64,000 bases of DNA from Saprospiraceae bacterium (lineage in GTDB: Bacteria > Bacteroidota > Bacteroidia > Chitinophagales > Saprospiraceae). The stretch lies in the NCBI GenBank assembly GCA_022842725.1, contig JALHOZ010000001.1, positions 149,309 through 213,308 of the forward strand. The letters run 5' to 3'. The notes beneath the pieces were generated by a model. It was given only the letters and a program-made list of their open reading frames with translations, had not been told where the DNA came from and did no database searches. How positions within the stretch are numbered: position 1 is the first letter of the stretch; the number at the start of each line of letters is the position of its first letter. The translations under genes were made by a program, and so were the position numbers. Shown in pieces: positions 28,242 through 36,914 of the stretch.

Positions 28242-29288
28242 TTATTTCGAAACTTTTTCACCGTCTTCCAGATAAACTGCACCTATGGTTACCACCTCAT
28301 GAATCCCTTCCAAACCTTTGGAAACGGCTACGTGATCACCTAATATTTTGGCTATTTCTATGGTAAGCTTTTTCGCTTTCCCGTTTTCAATCGTAAACAC
28401 TTCTGCCTTCTGACCATTGGTGCGGACCAATGCATCCACAGGAATTTCAGTAAAGCCACCTTTGGTTTTGGTTTCTATGGCCACATGTGCCGTCAGTCCT
28501 GCAGCCAATAATTGTGGTGAACGGTCAAAAACGATTTCCACATCAAAGGTTCCGCTGGTATTTCCACCGACTGATGTTTTGTTGACCACTTTACCTGTAA
28601 AAGATTGTCCGGGATAGGCATCCAACCTAATGGTTGCGACATCATCTTTCTGAACCCTTGCCCAATCTTTATCTACGAGACCAACCAAAAGTTTCCAGTC
28701 TTTATCTCCAACACCCATAATGGCATACACCGGCATTCCGGGTCCGGTGATTTCGCCGGATTTCATGATTTGTTTGACGATTTTGCCTGAAATCGGTGCC
28801 CTTACCTCGCTGTATGTCCGGTTGAATCTGGCTATTTCCACATTTCTTTTGGCAACTTCAAATGCAGTTGTCACATTTTGAAACTGTTCGAGGGTGGCGA
28901 CACTATCGACATATAGATTTTTAACTCTTTTTTGGTCTCTTTCGGCTTTAAAAAATCCTTCTTCAGCCTGTTTGACCTGTGCTTCGATTTCATCCATAAC
29001 CAAAGTAGCTAAAAGTTGACCTTTTTTGACAAAATCTCCTTCTTTGATATACGTTTTTTGAATGACGCCGCCGGTTTTAAAGGACGGTCTGGCTTCATTT
29101 TCACTCATTACGATGCCTAAAGCTGTTACTGAACTTTCTGCACTGCTGTTTTTTACTTTTTCGGTTTTGACGACCGTATATGCCGGTACAGCGCGTTGGG
29201 ATTCATCAGCCGTTTTTTTAGAATTACAGGAAACAAAGGCCAGGCTCAGAAATATAAGGAATATGTATTTTGAAGATAAACTTTTCAT
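28242..29288 (-). CDS. RND efflux periplasmic adaptor (membrane fusion protein) lipoprotein
   Basis: Lipobox LAFVSC, a biotinyl-lipoyl-like hairpin (GGVIQKTYIKEGDFVKKGQLLATL ... VRAPISGKIVKQ) and a coiled-coil segment. Confidence 0.9.
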   Translation of the reverse strand: MKSLSSKYIFLIFLSLAFVSCNSKKTADESQRAVPAYTVVKTEKVKNSSAESSVTALGIVMSENEARPSFKTGGVIQKTYIKEGDFVKKGQLLATLVMDEIEAQVKQAEEGFFKAERDQKRVKNLYVDSVATLEQFQNVTTAFEVAKRNVEIARFNRTYSEVRAPISGKIVKQIMKSGEITGPGMPVYAIMGVGDKDWKLLVGLVDKDWARVQKDDVATIRLDAYPGQSFTGKVVNKTSVGGNTSGTFDVEIVFDRSPQLLAAGLTAHVAIETKTKGGFTEIPVDALVRTNGQKAEVFTIENGKAKKLTIEIAKILGDHVAVSKGLEGIHEVVTIGAVYLEDGEKVSK

Positions 29289-29308
29289 GATGTAGGGAGA
29301 TTTAAAGG

Positions 29309-30625
29309 TTATAAAACAGGGAATGAAGCAGATGAATAAACATAATCAGACCATTTCAGCCATGCATTTTGACGGGCCAGATTATATTGTATTTGTATTT
29401 GAGTGATTTGTGTTTGCGCATCGAGCAATTCCAGATAATTGGCACTGCCTTCTTTGTACTTTTTGAAAATTTCGAAATAAAGTTTTTTGACAGCTCCGAC
29501 CCTTTTTTCAAAAGTTTTAGCCTGCAAAATGGCTGTTTTCAGATTTTGTTTGGTCATGGTTTTTTGTAGTTCAAGCTGATCTGAAACATAAAGTTTTTGA
29601 TTTTCAAGTGCATTTAATTCAACCTGATAGGATGATTTTCGATGTTGGTGTCTTTTATTGTCAAAAAGATTGATTTCTGCATTGAGACCAAACAATACAT
29701 AGGGCTGAAAACCGAAATCAAAATCCTGAGATCCCAAATCTAATTGTGCACCGATACGCGGAAGGTAAAAAGATTCTTCTTTTTGAATAGCCAAATTCAA
29801 CATAGATTGCCCTTTTTCGATCTGTAAAATCTCTTCCCTTACCGTGGTATTGTCCATTTCAGGATTTGGTAATTCAGGCAGGTTGAGTTTTTGTGATTCT
29901 GATTCTCCGGTGATAAATTGATAATATGATAATGCATTCTGAATATTGCCTTCAGCTTCCAGTGTTGACGAATACAGGACGGATTGTTGGGTTTCGATCC
30001 TGGCCAAAGCAGAAGGTAGAGCTATACCGTTTTTGATCATACTTTGGGTCACCCGTTGGGCTTCAATGAGCAGGGTGTCATTGGCTCTGTAGATTTCAGC
30101 AGCTCTTTGTGCACTTTCGAGAAAGAAGTAAGCATTCATTACTTCTTTGGCTATCAATCTCTTGAAGGCGCGGACTTCGAGGATTTTTTGTTCTGCCGAT
30201 TCCTTTTTTATCTTTTTATTGATGGCAAGGTCAGGATAATAGATGGGTTGACTCACTCTGAATCTTGCATCATAAAAATTGTTTGGCAAAAACTGTTCGT
30301 TTGCATTTTCGATGGTGGGAAACTGATTGCTTTGGGTAATGGTATTTAAAGTCGAGTATACCGGATTAAGTAAGTCACCCACGGGCAATTGAATGCTTCG
30401 ACCACCGGCTGCCAGTGTGTATTGTACACCAAAACTGACTGTTGGTCCGTACATAGATTTTGCCTCTTTAAACAGGTGGTTGGCACTTTCAAGTTGGAAC
30501 TCCCTGGCTTTGAGTTGTTGGTTGTGTTCCCAGGCTTTGGATACCAAAGCGGAAAAATCCTGAGTATGTGCGTCAAAACATAACATCAGGGGAAAGAAGG
30601 AAAATATTATTTTTTTAAACGGCAT
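29309..30625 (-). CDS. TolC-family outer-membrane efflux protein
   Basis: 438 aa with a signal peptide and the two-repeat OEP helical pattern. It is the first structural gene of the TolC-MFP-RND operon. Confidence 0.85.
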   Translation of the reverse strand: MPFKKIIFSFFPLMLCFDAHTQDFSALVSKAWEHNQQLKAREFQLESANHLFKEAKSMYGPTVSFGVQYTLAAGGRSIQLPVGDLLNPVYSTLNTITQSNQFPTIENANEQFLPNNFYDARFRVSQPIYYPDLAINKKIKKESAEQKILEVRAFKRLIAKEVMNAYFFLESAQRAAEIYRANDTLLIEAQRVTQSMIKNGIALPSALARIETQQSVLYSSTLEAEGNIQNALSYYQFITGESESQKLNLPELPNPEMDNTTVREEILQIEKGQSMLNLAIQKEESFYLPRIGAQLDLGSQDFDFGFQPYVLFGLNAEINLFDNKRHQHRKSSYQVELNALENQKLYVSDQLELQKTMTKQNLKTAILQAKTFEKRVGAVKKLYFEIFKKYKEGSANYLELLDAQTQITQIQIQYNLARQNAWLKWSDYVYSSASFPVL

Positions 30626-30671
30626 ATGAATTATGTTATTAATATAAACACTGTTTAGTTTTAGAAAAAAA

Positions 30672-31286
30672 TTATTTTTTAAAGATACATTTTAGCATAG
30701 AATTGAGCACTTTTTCAATAAGTTCCTGTTTGTCAGTATGCTCTACAATATCCAGTCTTTGTGTCAATGCCAGATTTACCAAACCATGCACACTACTCCA
30801 TAATTGCAAGGCCATCACACTTTCATCCAGGCCGGATAATTCATATTTTTGAATGGCTTCTCTGCACGTCATGGTCAAAAAATTAAACATCGCCATACCC
30901 TGATCCCAATCTTCCCGACATTTGGCCATATGTTGCATCGGTTCATCAGAATTAAACATGATATCATACCAATCTTTATTCTGAATGCCGAAAGTAACGT
31001 AAGCTTTGCCGATTTCATACAACCTTTGGGCGGGATCTTTTTCAGAATAAGCATGCGCCATATATTTGTTTTTCAACATAAAACCCATTTCCATGAGCTC
31101 GTGTAATATTTCATCTTTATCCTTAAAATACAGGTAAATGGTCGCCGGGCTGTATTCTATTTCATTAGCAATTTTGCGGATTGACAATCCGTTTTTGCCG
31201 GATTTTAGTAATATCTTTTTGGCTGTATGAAGAATCTGCTCTTTTAATTCTGCTTTTTCTCTTTCTTTCCGCTCTGAAGAACCCAT
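30672..31286 (-). CDS. TetR/AcrR family transcriptional regulator
   Basis: N-terminal HTH ILHTAKKILLKSGKNGLSIRKIANEIEYSPATIYLYFKDKDEIL. It is located at the head of the efflux operon. Confidence 0.9.
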   Translation of the reverse strand: MGSSERKEREKAELKEQILHTAKKILLKSGKNGLSIRKIANEIEYSPATIYLYFKDKDEILHELMEMGFMLKNKYMAHAYSEKDPAQRLYEIGKAYVTFGIQNKDWYDIMFNSDEPMQHMAKCREDWDQGMAMFNFLTMTCREAIQKYELSGLDESVMALQLWSSVHGLVNLALTQRLDIVEHTDKQELIEKVLNSMLKCIFKK

Positions 31287-31315
31287 TTTTACGATTTTTA
31301 TTTAACAACGCAAAC

Positions 31316-31336
31316 ATAATGAACACTGTTCATAAT
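31316..31336. promoter_or_regulatory. Candidate TetR operator palindrome
   Basis: ATAATGAACACTGTTCATAAT has 9 of 10 symmetric pairs around C31326. It lies 30-50 bp upstream of the tetR start and 155 bp upstream of the divergent 31491 gene. Confidence 0.45.
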
Positions 31337-31490
31337 AATCACAAAAAAATCTGTTTTTTCGACTAAAAGTTGATTTTGGTATACAAAATACTTACAGTTA
31401 TGGGTTTTTGTTTTGATTTTTTAAGCAGTGCTGTATGTTGTTTTGTTGTTTTGGTGTAATTTTTGTAAATATACTAAAAATCCAATCTCT

Positions 31491-33185
31491 ATGGCAGCAT
31501 ATTTTAGTTACCAACCTACCAGAGCACAGATATCCCGTACTTCCATCCAGCGTCTCTACATCGCTATGAAACACCTTTTTATGCGGGGAGCTTACAAACC
31601 TCTTGGTATTTCCGGTGAAACCATCATAGATGCCCTTCTGGCACTGAAACCCGAAATTTATGGCTCCATAGCAGATCCCGAAAAAGTAGAACTCAATGGT
31701 TTGTTGTACATCTTTCAAAGACTGCCAATGGGCATAGAACAATGTCGCTACATCAAACTCATTTCCCGGGAAGGGTATGAAAACTCCCAATTCGAAAAAC
31801 ATGTGCCTCCGCGTCGTGTCCGCAACTGCTACAGAATTGATGCGGACCAAATGTATATAGAAATGACCCGGGGAGGCAGTGATGTTTACGATATCCTCAC
31901 GCATCTCACTTTTATGTACATTGAGGCTGAAAAAATCCGCAAAAATGCATTGGATATCAAGGACCGGAAAAATCAAAACTGGACCATGTTGGAAGACATC
32001 GTCCGAAAAATTAAAAACGGCGATGAAGTCAATAAAGATATAGGCCTGACATGCCTGAATGTCCTTTTGGGAAGAACTTTTAGTGAAGTAGCGGTTACCT
32101 ATGAAAAATTTGAAAAGTCATCTGGTGTCAACAGTTTGTTTGAAATTACCTATTGGCTTGGAAAACTCAGTATGGATGAATATTTTGATGGAAATGACAG
32201 GGAAATTACATTTTCTCCGGCTTTACGCGAAAATTTAGGTCATCATTTATATGGAGAACGCTGGGCCAATCATATCAAAAAAACATTATTTGACCTTAAT
32301 CTCATCGACAGACCGATTCACATCATATCTGCCAATCTCCACAGTGTTATGAATTGTTTTTATGCCAAAGCAGCACTTCATAAAAAACTGAAACACGACC
32401 ACATCGAACCCTACGCGGAGGTCTTAAGTCAAAGTGGAAATGATGCTTTACGAGATAAAGTAAAAGATTTTGCCTTAAAAAATGGTATGATCCAACTTTC
32501 AGATATCAGTGGAACCAATATCGGTGTTCAAATCTTTGATTTGGCACAGACAGATATTAAACATCTTCCGAAAGGTCTGACCATGACGAAAAAGGAAATT
32601 TCCGGAACACCTGTCATTATCGTCATGGACTATGCTTTTGGTGAACAGGCTTACGAGACCATGGATGAACTACTCAAACCCTATGAAACGGAACCCGGTA
32701 AAAAGACGTTTCTGAATGTTTTATCCGTCAATATCATGGGTAAGGCCGGTATTCTCGAAGGTACCAAAGGTGACATCATGATTCCGACTGCTCACGTCTT
32801 TGAAGGTAGTGCTGATAATTATCCGGTCAAAAATGAATTGAAAGCTTCCATGTTTAAAAATTCAGGTTTGGGTGTCTATGAAGGTACCATGATAACCGTT
32901 TTGGGCACCTCCCTTCAGAATAAAGACATCCTCACCTATTTTATGAAGTCATCGTGGAAAGCGGTAGGACTGGAAATGGAAGGTGCACATTACCAAAAAG
33001 CCATCCAATCTGCTTCAAAAATCCGGAAAAGTATTAAAAACAACGTGAAATTGCGTTATGCATACTACGCTTCAGACAATCCTTTGGAGACAGGCAGTAC
33101 TCTCGCATCCGGAAGTCTCGGACTTGATGGTGTAAAACCCACCTACCTGATCACCATGGAAATTTTAAAAGGTTGTTTGGGTTAG
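31491..33185 (+). CDS. Uncharacterised ~370-aa N-terminal domain fused to a C-terminal PNP_UDP_1 (nucleoside phosphorylase / AMP-nucleosidase-like) domain
   Basis: The long ORF is supported by its length. The C-terminal roughly 200 aa show PVIIVMDYAFGEQ, IMGKAGILEGTKGDIMIPT, YEGTMITVLG, AVGLEMEGAHY and YYASDNP, collinear with Amn/Pfs/DeoD signature regions. I prefer the start at MAAYFSY (31491) over 31428. Confidence 0.6.
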   Translation: MAAYFSYQPTRAQISRTSIQRLYIAMKHLFMRGAYKPLGISGETIIDALLALKPEIYGSIADPEKVELNGLLYIFQRLPMGIEQCRYIKLISREGYENSQFEKHVPPRRVRNCYRIDADQMYIEMTRGGSDVYDILTHLTFMYIEAEKIRKNALDIKDRKNQNWTMLEDIVRKIKNGDEVNKDIGLTCLNVLLGRTFSEVAVTYEKFEKSSGVNSLFEITYWLGKLSMDEYFDGNDREITFSPALRENLGHHLYGERWANHIKKTLFDLNLIDRPIHIISANLHSVMNCFYAKAALHKKLKHDHIEPYAEVLSQSGNDALRDKVKDFALKNGMIQLSDISGTNIGVQIFDLAQTDIKHLPKGLTMTKKEISGTPVIIVMDYAFGEQAYETMDELLKPYETEPGKKTFLNVLSVNIMGKAGILEGTKGDIMIPTAHVFEGSADNYPVKNELKASMFKNSGLGVYEGTMITVLGTSLQNKDILTYFMKSSWKAVGLEMEGAHYQKAIQSASKIRKSIKNNVKLRYAYYASDNPLETGSTLASGSLGLDGVKPTYLITMEILKGCLG

Positions 33186-33595
33186 GGTTATGAACTTTTA
33201 TAAAATATGTTGTAATATAAAGTAAATTTTATTCTGTAAAAGGTAGTACAAAAACAGATTAAAGTTGAGTTACTAAATATTTATTTGGTGCATGTAGCCA
33301 ATTCAAGGTAAAAGGATAAATAGTAAATCAGGTTACAAAACCGATGTACAATAAAGATAGTCCTTACCATCTGGTATTCAGGCATTTATTCTGTCGTTTA
33401 TATGACAAAATTGCATAAATGAATACAAAATATACAGTAAACGAAGCTTAGGCATTATTTTTGCACTTGAAAACTGATTTCAGGTTAATCCTTGGTCAAC
33501 AGGTATCTGCATTTTGTGAAGTCTTTTAATGGATTTTGCAAAACCAACATGAGAAAAAATTGATAATCCCGTTTTTTTAAGCCAAATTTCCAGTA

Positions 33596-33973
33596 ATGTA
33601 TTTACTTACCTTATATATTTCAGCTTTTTTATATTTCGGTGTTGTACAAACATCTAACCCCCTGATCATTTATTCCAAAGCAATTGAAGAACAGTGCGCC
33701 ACTTTTGAAATTCTTGACCACGGAACGAATGACACCTATTTTTTACAGGTCCTTGAAAAAAGAGACGACGCTGCCTTTTATTATACGAATGAAGATAAAA
33801 AAGAAATTCTCATCCAGAAAAAATTACCGGACAACCAGTATCTGCTGAAATATATTTTTGTTGTTCAGAAAAAAACTTATGAAATCATGTTGAAATCGTG
33901 TCATGAACAATTATCTCAGAACAAACAACAATTGTACATTCTGCAGGAAAAAATAAAGGATAAGGTACTCTGA
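33596..33973 (+). CDS. Hypothetical small exported protein (paralogue of 48977..49411)
   Basis: 125 aa with a hydrophobic N-terminus. It is collinear with the 144-aa ORF at 48977..49411 (see findings). Confidence 0.5.
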   Translation: MYLLTLYISAFLYFGVVQTSNPLIIYSKAIEEQCATFEILDHGTNDTYFLQVLEKRDDAAFYYTNEDKKEILIQKKLPDNQYLLKYIFVVQKKTYEIMLKSCHEQLSQNKQQLYILQEKIKDKVL

Positions 33974-33975
33974 AC

Positions 33976-34572
33976 CTAACTGCTTTTCTTTTTGCGTAAA
34001 GTCGGATAGTAATACTCTTTTTTTTGGTATTCTCCCGGTTCTTCTGTTAATGGTAAACATTCTTTAAGGCTTTGGTAGCACATTTCCGGAAGTTGTTGAT
34101 ACAACCTGGTCCCTTCCGTTTTCCATGAAATCGTATCTTCGTCCAATGTTTTTATGATTTTGGCAGGATTTCCGGCAACCAGGCTTTTTTCAGGGATGTT
34201 TTCACCGGCTTTGACAAAACTCAGGGCTCCGACAATACAATTTTTGCCTATGATAACTTCATCCATAATCACACTGTTCATGCCGATCAAAACGTTTTCT
34301 CCTATTCTTGCACCATGAATCACGGCACCATGTCCGATGTGTGCCCCGGTTTCAAGCACAACTTCTATTCCGGGAAACATATGAATCACACAATTTTCCT
34401 GAACATTACATCCATCAGCAATCCGGATGGAGCCCCAATCTCCGCGTAAAACAGCTCCCGGCCCGATGTACACATCTTTTCCAATAATCACATGACCAAT
34501 CACAACCGCTGTTTGATGAACAAAAGCTGTAGGATGTATTACCGGTTTGATTCCTTCAAATTCGTAGATCAT
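33976..34572 (-). CDS. Gamma-carbonic-anhydrase-like / PaaY-CaiE-type hexapeptide-repeat protein
   Basis: Left-handed beta-helix repeats are present (VIGHVIIGKDVYIGPGAVLRGDWGSIRIADGCNVQENCVIH ... GHGAVIHGARIGENVLIGMNSVI), including a His-containing metal-site region. Confidence 0.8.
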   Translation of the reverse strand: MIYEFEGIKPVIHPTAFVHQTAVVIGHVIIGKDVYIGPGAVLRGDWGSIRIADGCNVQENCVIHMFPGIEVVLETGAHIGHGAVIHGARIGENVLIGMNSVIMDEVIIGKNCIVGALSFVKAGENIPEKSLVAGNPAKIIKTLDEDTISWKTEGTRLYQQLPEMCYQSLKECLPLTEEPGEYQKKEYYYPTLRKKKSS

Positions 34573-34583
34573 AGGTTATAAAT

Positions 34584-35057
34584 TTATGGTTTTGGTTCTG
34601 GATGTGTTTCAATAAGTTTCTGAAGTATGTCCAATGCGTTTTGTGCTGCGGGACAAACCTCAACATTTTTGGCATTGAGAAGCGGCCTTTTATAAAAAGC
34701 GCTGTCATCAATATGCGGAAATTCTCTACATGCTTTTGGCCTGACATCGTATATTGAACATTCATTATCATCTTTCAAAAATACGCAGGGCACTGTTTTA
34801 AAGGATAATTCTCCGTTTATATCTTCCAAAACATAAGTTTTAAAGAAGTTTTTGGCAGACATATTCACTTCTTTTGAGATTCGGTTGATATCTTCTTTTG
34901 TAACGATGGCAGGTGTGGTTTTGCAACAATTGGCACAGCTGAGACAATGAACATCCCGAAACGACTTTTCATGTAATACCGCTGGTTCAGGCTTGTTGTT
35001 CAGCTTTGCCGCTTTTAAAAATATCTCTTTATAAAGCCGTTCCTTTGAATTTTTCAT
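34584..35057 (-). CDS. YkgJ family (CxxCxxCC) cysteine-cluster protein
   Basis: A CLSCANCC motif plus a second cluster (PCVFLKDDNECSIYDVRPKACREFP). Confidence 0.8.
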   Translation of the reverse strand: MKNSKERLYKEIFLKAAKLNNKPEPAVLHEKSFRDVHCLSCANCCKTTPAIVTKEDINRISKEVNMSAKNFFKTYVLEDINGELSFKTVPCVFLKDDNECSIYDVRPKACREFPHIDDSAFYKRPLLNAKNVEVCPAAQNALDILQKLIETHPEPKP

Positions 35058-35989
35058 CGTACGGTAAGAATGGTCGTGTTATCAAATTTTTGATATCGGA
35101 GTTTGACAAAATAATGTCCGGGTTGATATTCATTAGCATCAAAAATTTTGTGTGATGCATTACTTTCAATTTTGGAAATTATTTTGCCTTCCAAACTTTC
35201 AATTTCAATGGTATACCATTTATGTTCGGGATTGTTGACAAAAAATGTGGTCGGCCCGATAGTATACAATGATATACCGAAAAGTGACATGGTTTTTACA
35301 TGGATATCAACCGTAAAAAATTTACCTTCAGCTCTGTATTCCTGACAATATTGAGTTGGATGCAAAGGTTTGATCCGCCAGTAGAACATTTCGTTTTTAT
35401 TCAATTGATCAAGTTTTGTCTGATTTCCAAAGACAAATATACTTTTGACGGTTCGCGTAAATTGAGCGTCTGTTGCCACATCGAGCAGATAATGGTCGAT
35501 TTCCGGATTTTCCGGCAAGGAGAATAAAATATCTTTATAATAAACAGTGGTATTTTCAGCCGGTTTTGTCACCTGGAGTTGTCCGGAATAAGCTTTTACG
35601 GGTTTTTGTCTTTCGACAGGATTCAATTTATCCAATCCTATTTTGTCAATATTATCTTTATCATAATACACACGACACTGATTATTGTCCATATGAAAAC
35701 TCAACACTGAATCTACAGGAAGGACGCCTGTTTCTGATTCATGTATACTAAAAGTTATGTTTTGATCAAGGTAAAGCTCATTGAGTTCACAAAGTGTTTC
35801 TGTTATTTTATGGGCACAGATCGTTGATATTTGAGGATTATTATTTGAAGAAAGGCGGATGATTTTTGACATTAAGCTGGTATCCTGATACGTGGTTGCA
35901 GGGAAAGTCGTTTCTGCTTTTGTATCTGAAAGGAGAAAGCTTACCAAAAAAATAAAAAAACCAATGAAACGGTGAGAATACTTTACCAT
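35054..35989 (-). CDS. Hypothetical secreted protein, possible T9SS type A C-terminal sorting domain
   Basis: Signal peptide. The C-terminal roughly 80 aa (…YTIEIESLEGKIISKIESNASHKIFDANEYQPGHYFVKLRYQKFDNTTILTVR) look like a Por-secretion tail. There is a 4-nt overlap with ykgJ. Confidence 0.5.
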   Translation of the reverse strand: MVKYSHRFIGFFIFLVSFLLSDTKAETTFPATTYQDTSLMSKIIRLSSNNNPQISTICAHKITETLCELNELYLDQNITFSIHESETGVLPVDSVLSFHMDNNQCRVYYDKDNIDKIGLDKLNPVERQKPVKAYSGQLQVTKPAENTTVYYKDILFSLPENPEIDHYLLDVATDAQFTRTVKSIFVFGNQTKLDQLNKNEMFYWRIKPLHPTQYCQEYRAEGKFFTVDIHVKTMSLFGISLYTIGPTTFFVNNPEHKWYTIEIESLEGKIISKIESNASHKIFDANEYQPGHYFVKLRYQKFDNTTILTVR

Positions 35990-36095
35990 GAGGCAAAAAT
36001 CTTAAAAATTCCTCATACTTCCGTTAGATGAAGAAACATATTTCGATTTCCGGTTCAGGAAATGGCATAAATTGAACGTTTTGTTCCAAATCGGA

Positions 36096-36914
36096 TCATG
36101 ATAACAAAATGCCTAAAGCCTGATAAACCGCACGCACAGAACCGTGTTGGAGCAGTAATTGCCGGGCGGTATCATAAGGTAGTCCTGATTTAAAAATGAT
36201 TTGTTTGGTACCTCTGTCGATCAGTTTTTCATTACTCAGCATCATATCCACCATTTTATTATCCAGAACCCTGCCTAATGAAATCATTACTGAAGTGGAT
36301 ATCATGTTGAGAATCAGTTTTTGAGCGGTTCCTGACTTCATCCGGGTGCTTCCGGTGATATATTCTGGTCCAACTTTGGCAACTATCGGAAAATCTGCCG
36401 CCTTTTCAATCGGAGAACCGGGATTACAGGTAATACTTCCGGTAATGATATTGTTTTTTTTGCACTCATGTAAACCATGTAAAACATAAGGTGTCGTACC
36501 GGAAGCAGCGATACCTATGACCACATCAAGACTGTTGATTTGAAAAGATGAAAGGTCATTCCATGCCTGATGATGACTGTCTTCGGCATTTTCGACTGCT
36601 TTTCTGATGGCCTGATCTCCTCCGGCAATGAGGCCGATCACCCAATCAAAAGGAACGCCAAAGGTCGGCGGACACTCGGAGGCATCCAGAATACCAAGCC
36701 TGCCGCTGGTACCGGCACCAATATAAAACAGCCTTCCCCCTGCTTCCATTTTAGGAACGATGACATTGACCAGCTTTTCGATATCAGGGATGGCATTTTC
36801 AACTGCCAAAGCCACTTTTTGGTCTTCTCTGTTGATTTCTGTCAATATTTCGCGGACAGATTTTTTTTCGATATCACGATATAAAGAGTCCGACTCAGTG
36901 ATTTTATCAAACAT
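36096..36914 (-). CDS. murQ: N-acetylmuramic acid 6-phosphate etherase
   Basis: SIS domain motifs (RLFYIGAGTSGRLGILDASECPPTFG, GIAASGTTPYV, GSTRMKSGTAQK). Confidence 0.9.
   Translation of the reverse strand: MFDKITESDSLYRDIEKKSVREILTEINREDQKVALAVENAIPDIEKLVNVIVPKMEAGGRLFYIGAGTSGRLGILDASECPPTFGVPFDWVIGLIAGGDQAIRKAVENAEDSHHQAWNDLSSFQINSLDVVIGIAASGTTPYVLHGLHECKKNNIITGSITCNPGSPIEKAADFPIVAKVGPEYITGSTRMKSGTAQKLILNMISTSVMISLGRVLDNKMVDMMLSNEKLIDRGTKQIIFKSGLPYDTARQLLLQHGSVRAVYQALGILLS

Noticed and set aside
27719-28366. 215-aa plus-strand ORF antisense to the RND permease and MFP genes
   Set aside because: It is entirely antisense to a well-supported 1025-aa RND gene and has low-complexity composition. 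I regard it as a shadow ORF.
31398-31976. 192-aa minus-strand ORF overlapping the start of the PNP-fusion gene
   Set aside because: It is antisense to a 565-585-aa ORF with recognisable C-terminal domain motifs, and it has no motif of its own.
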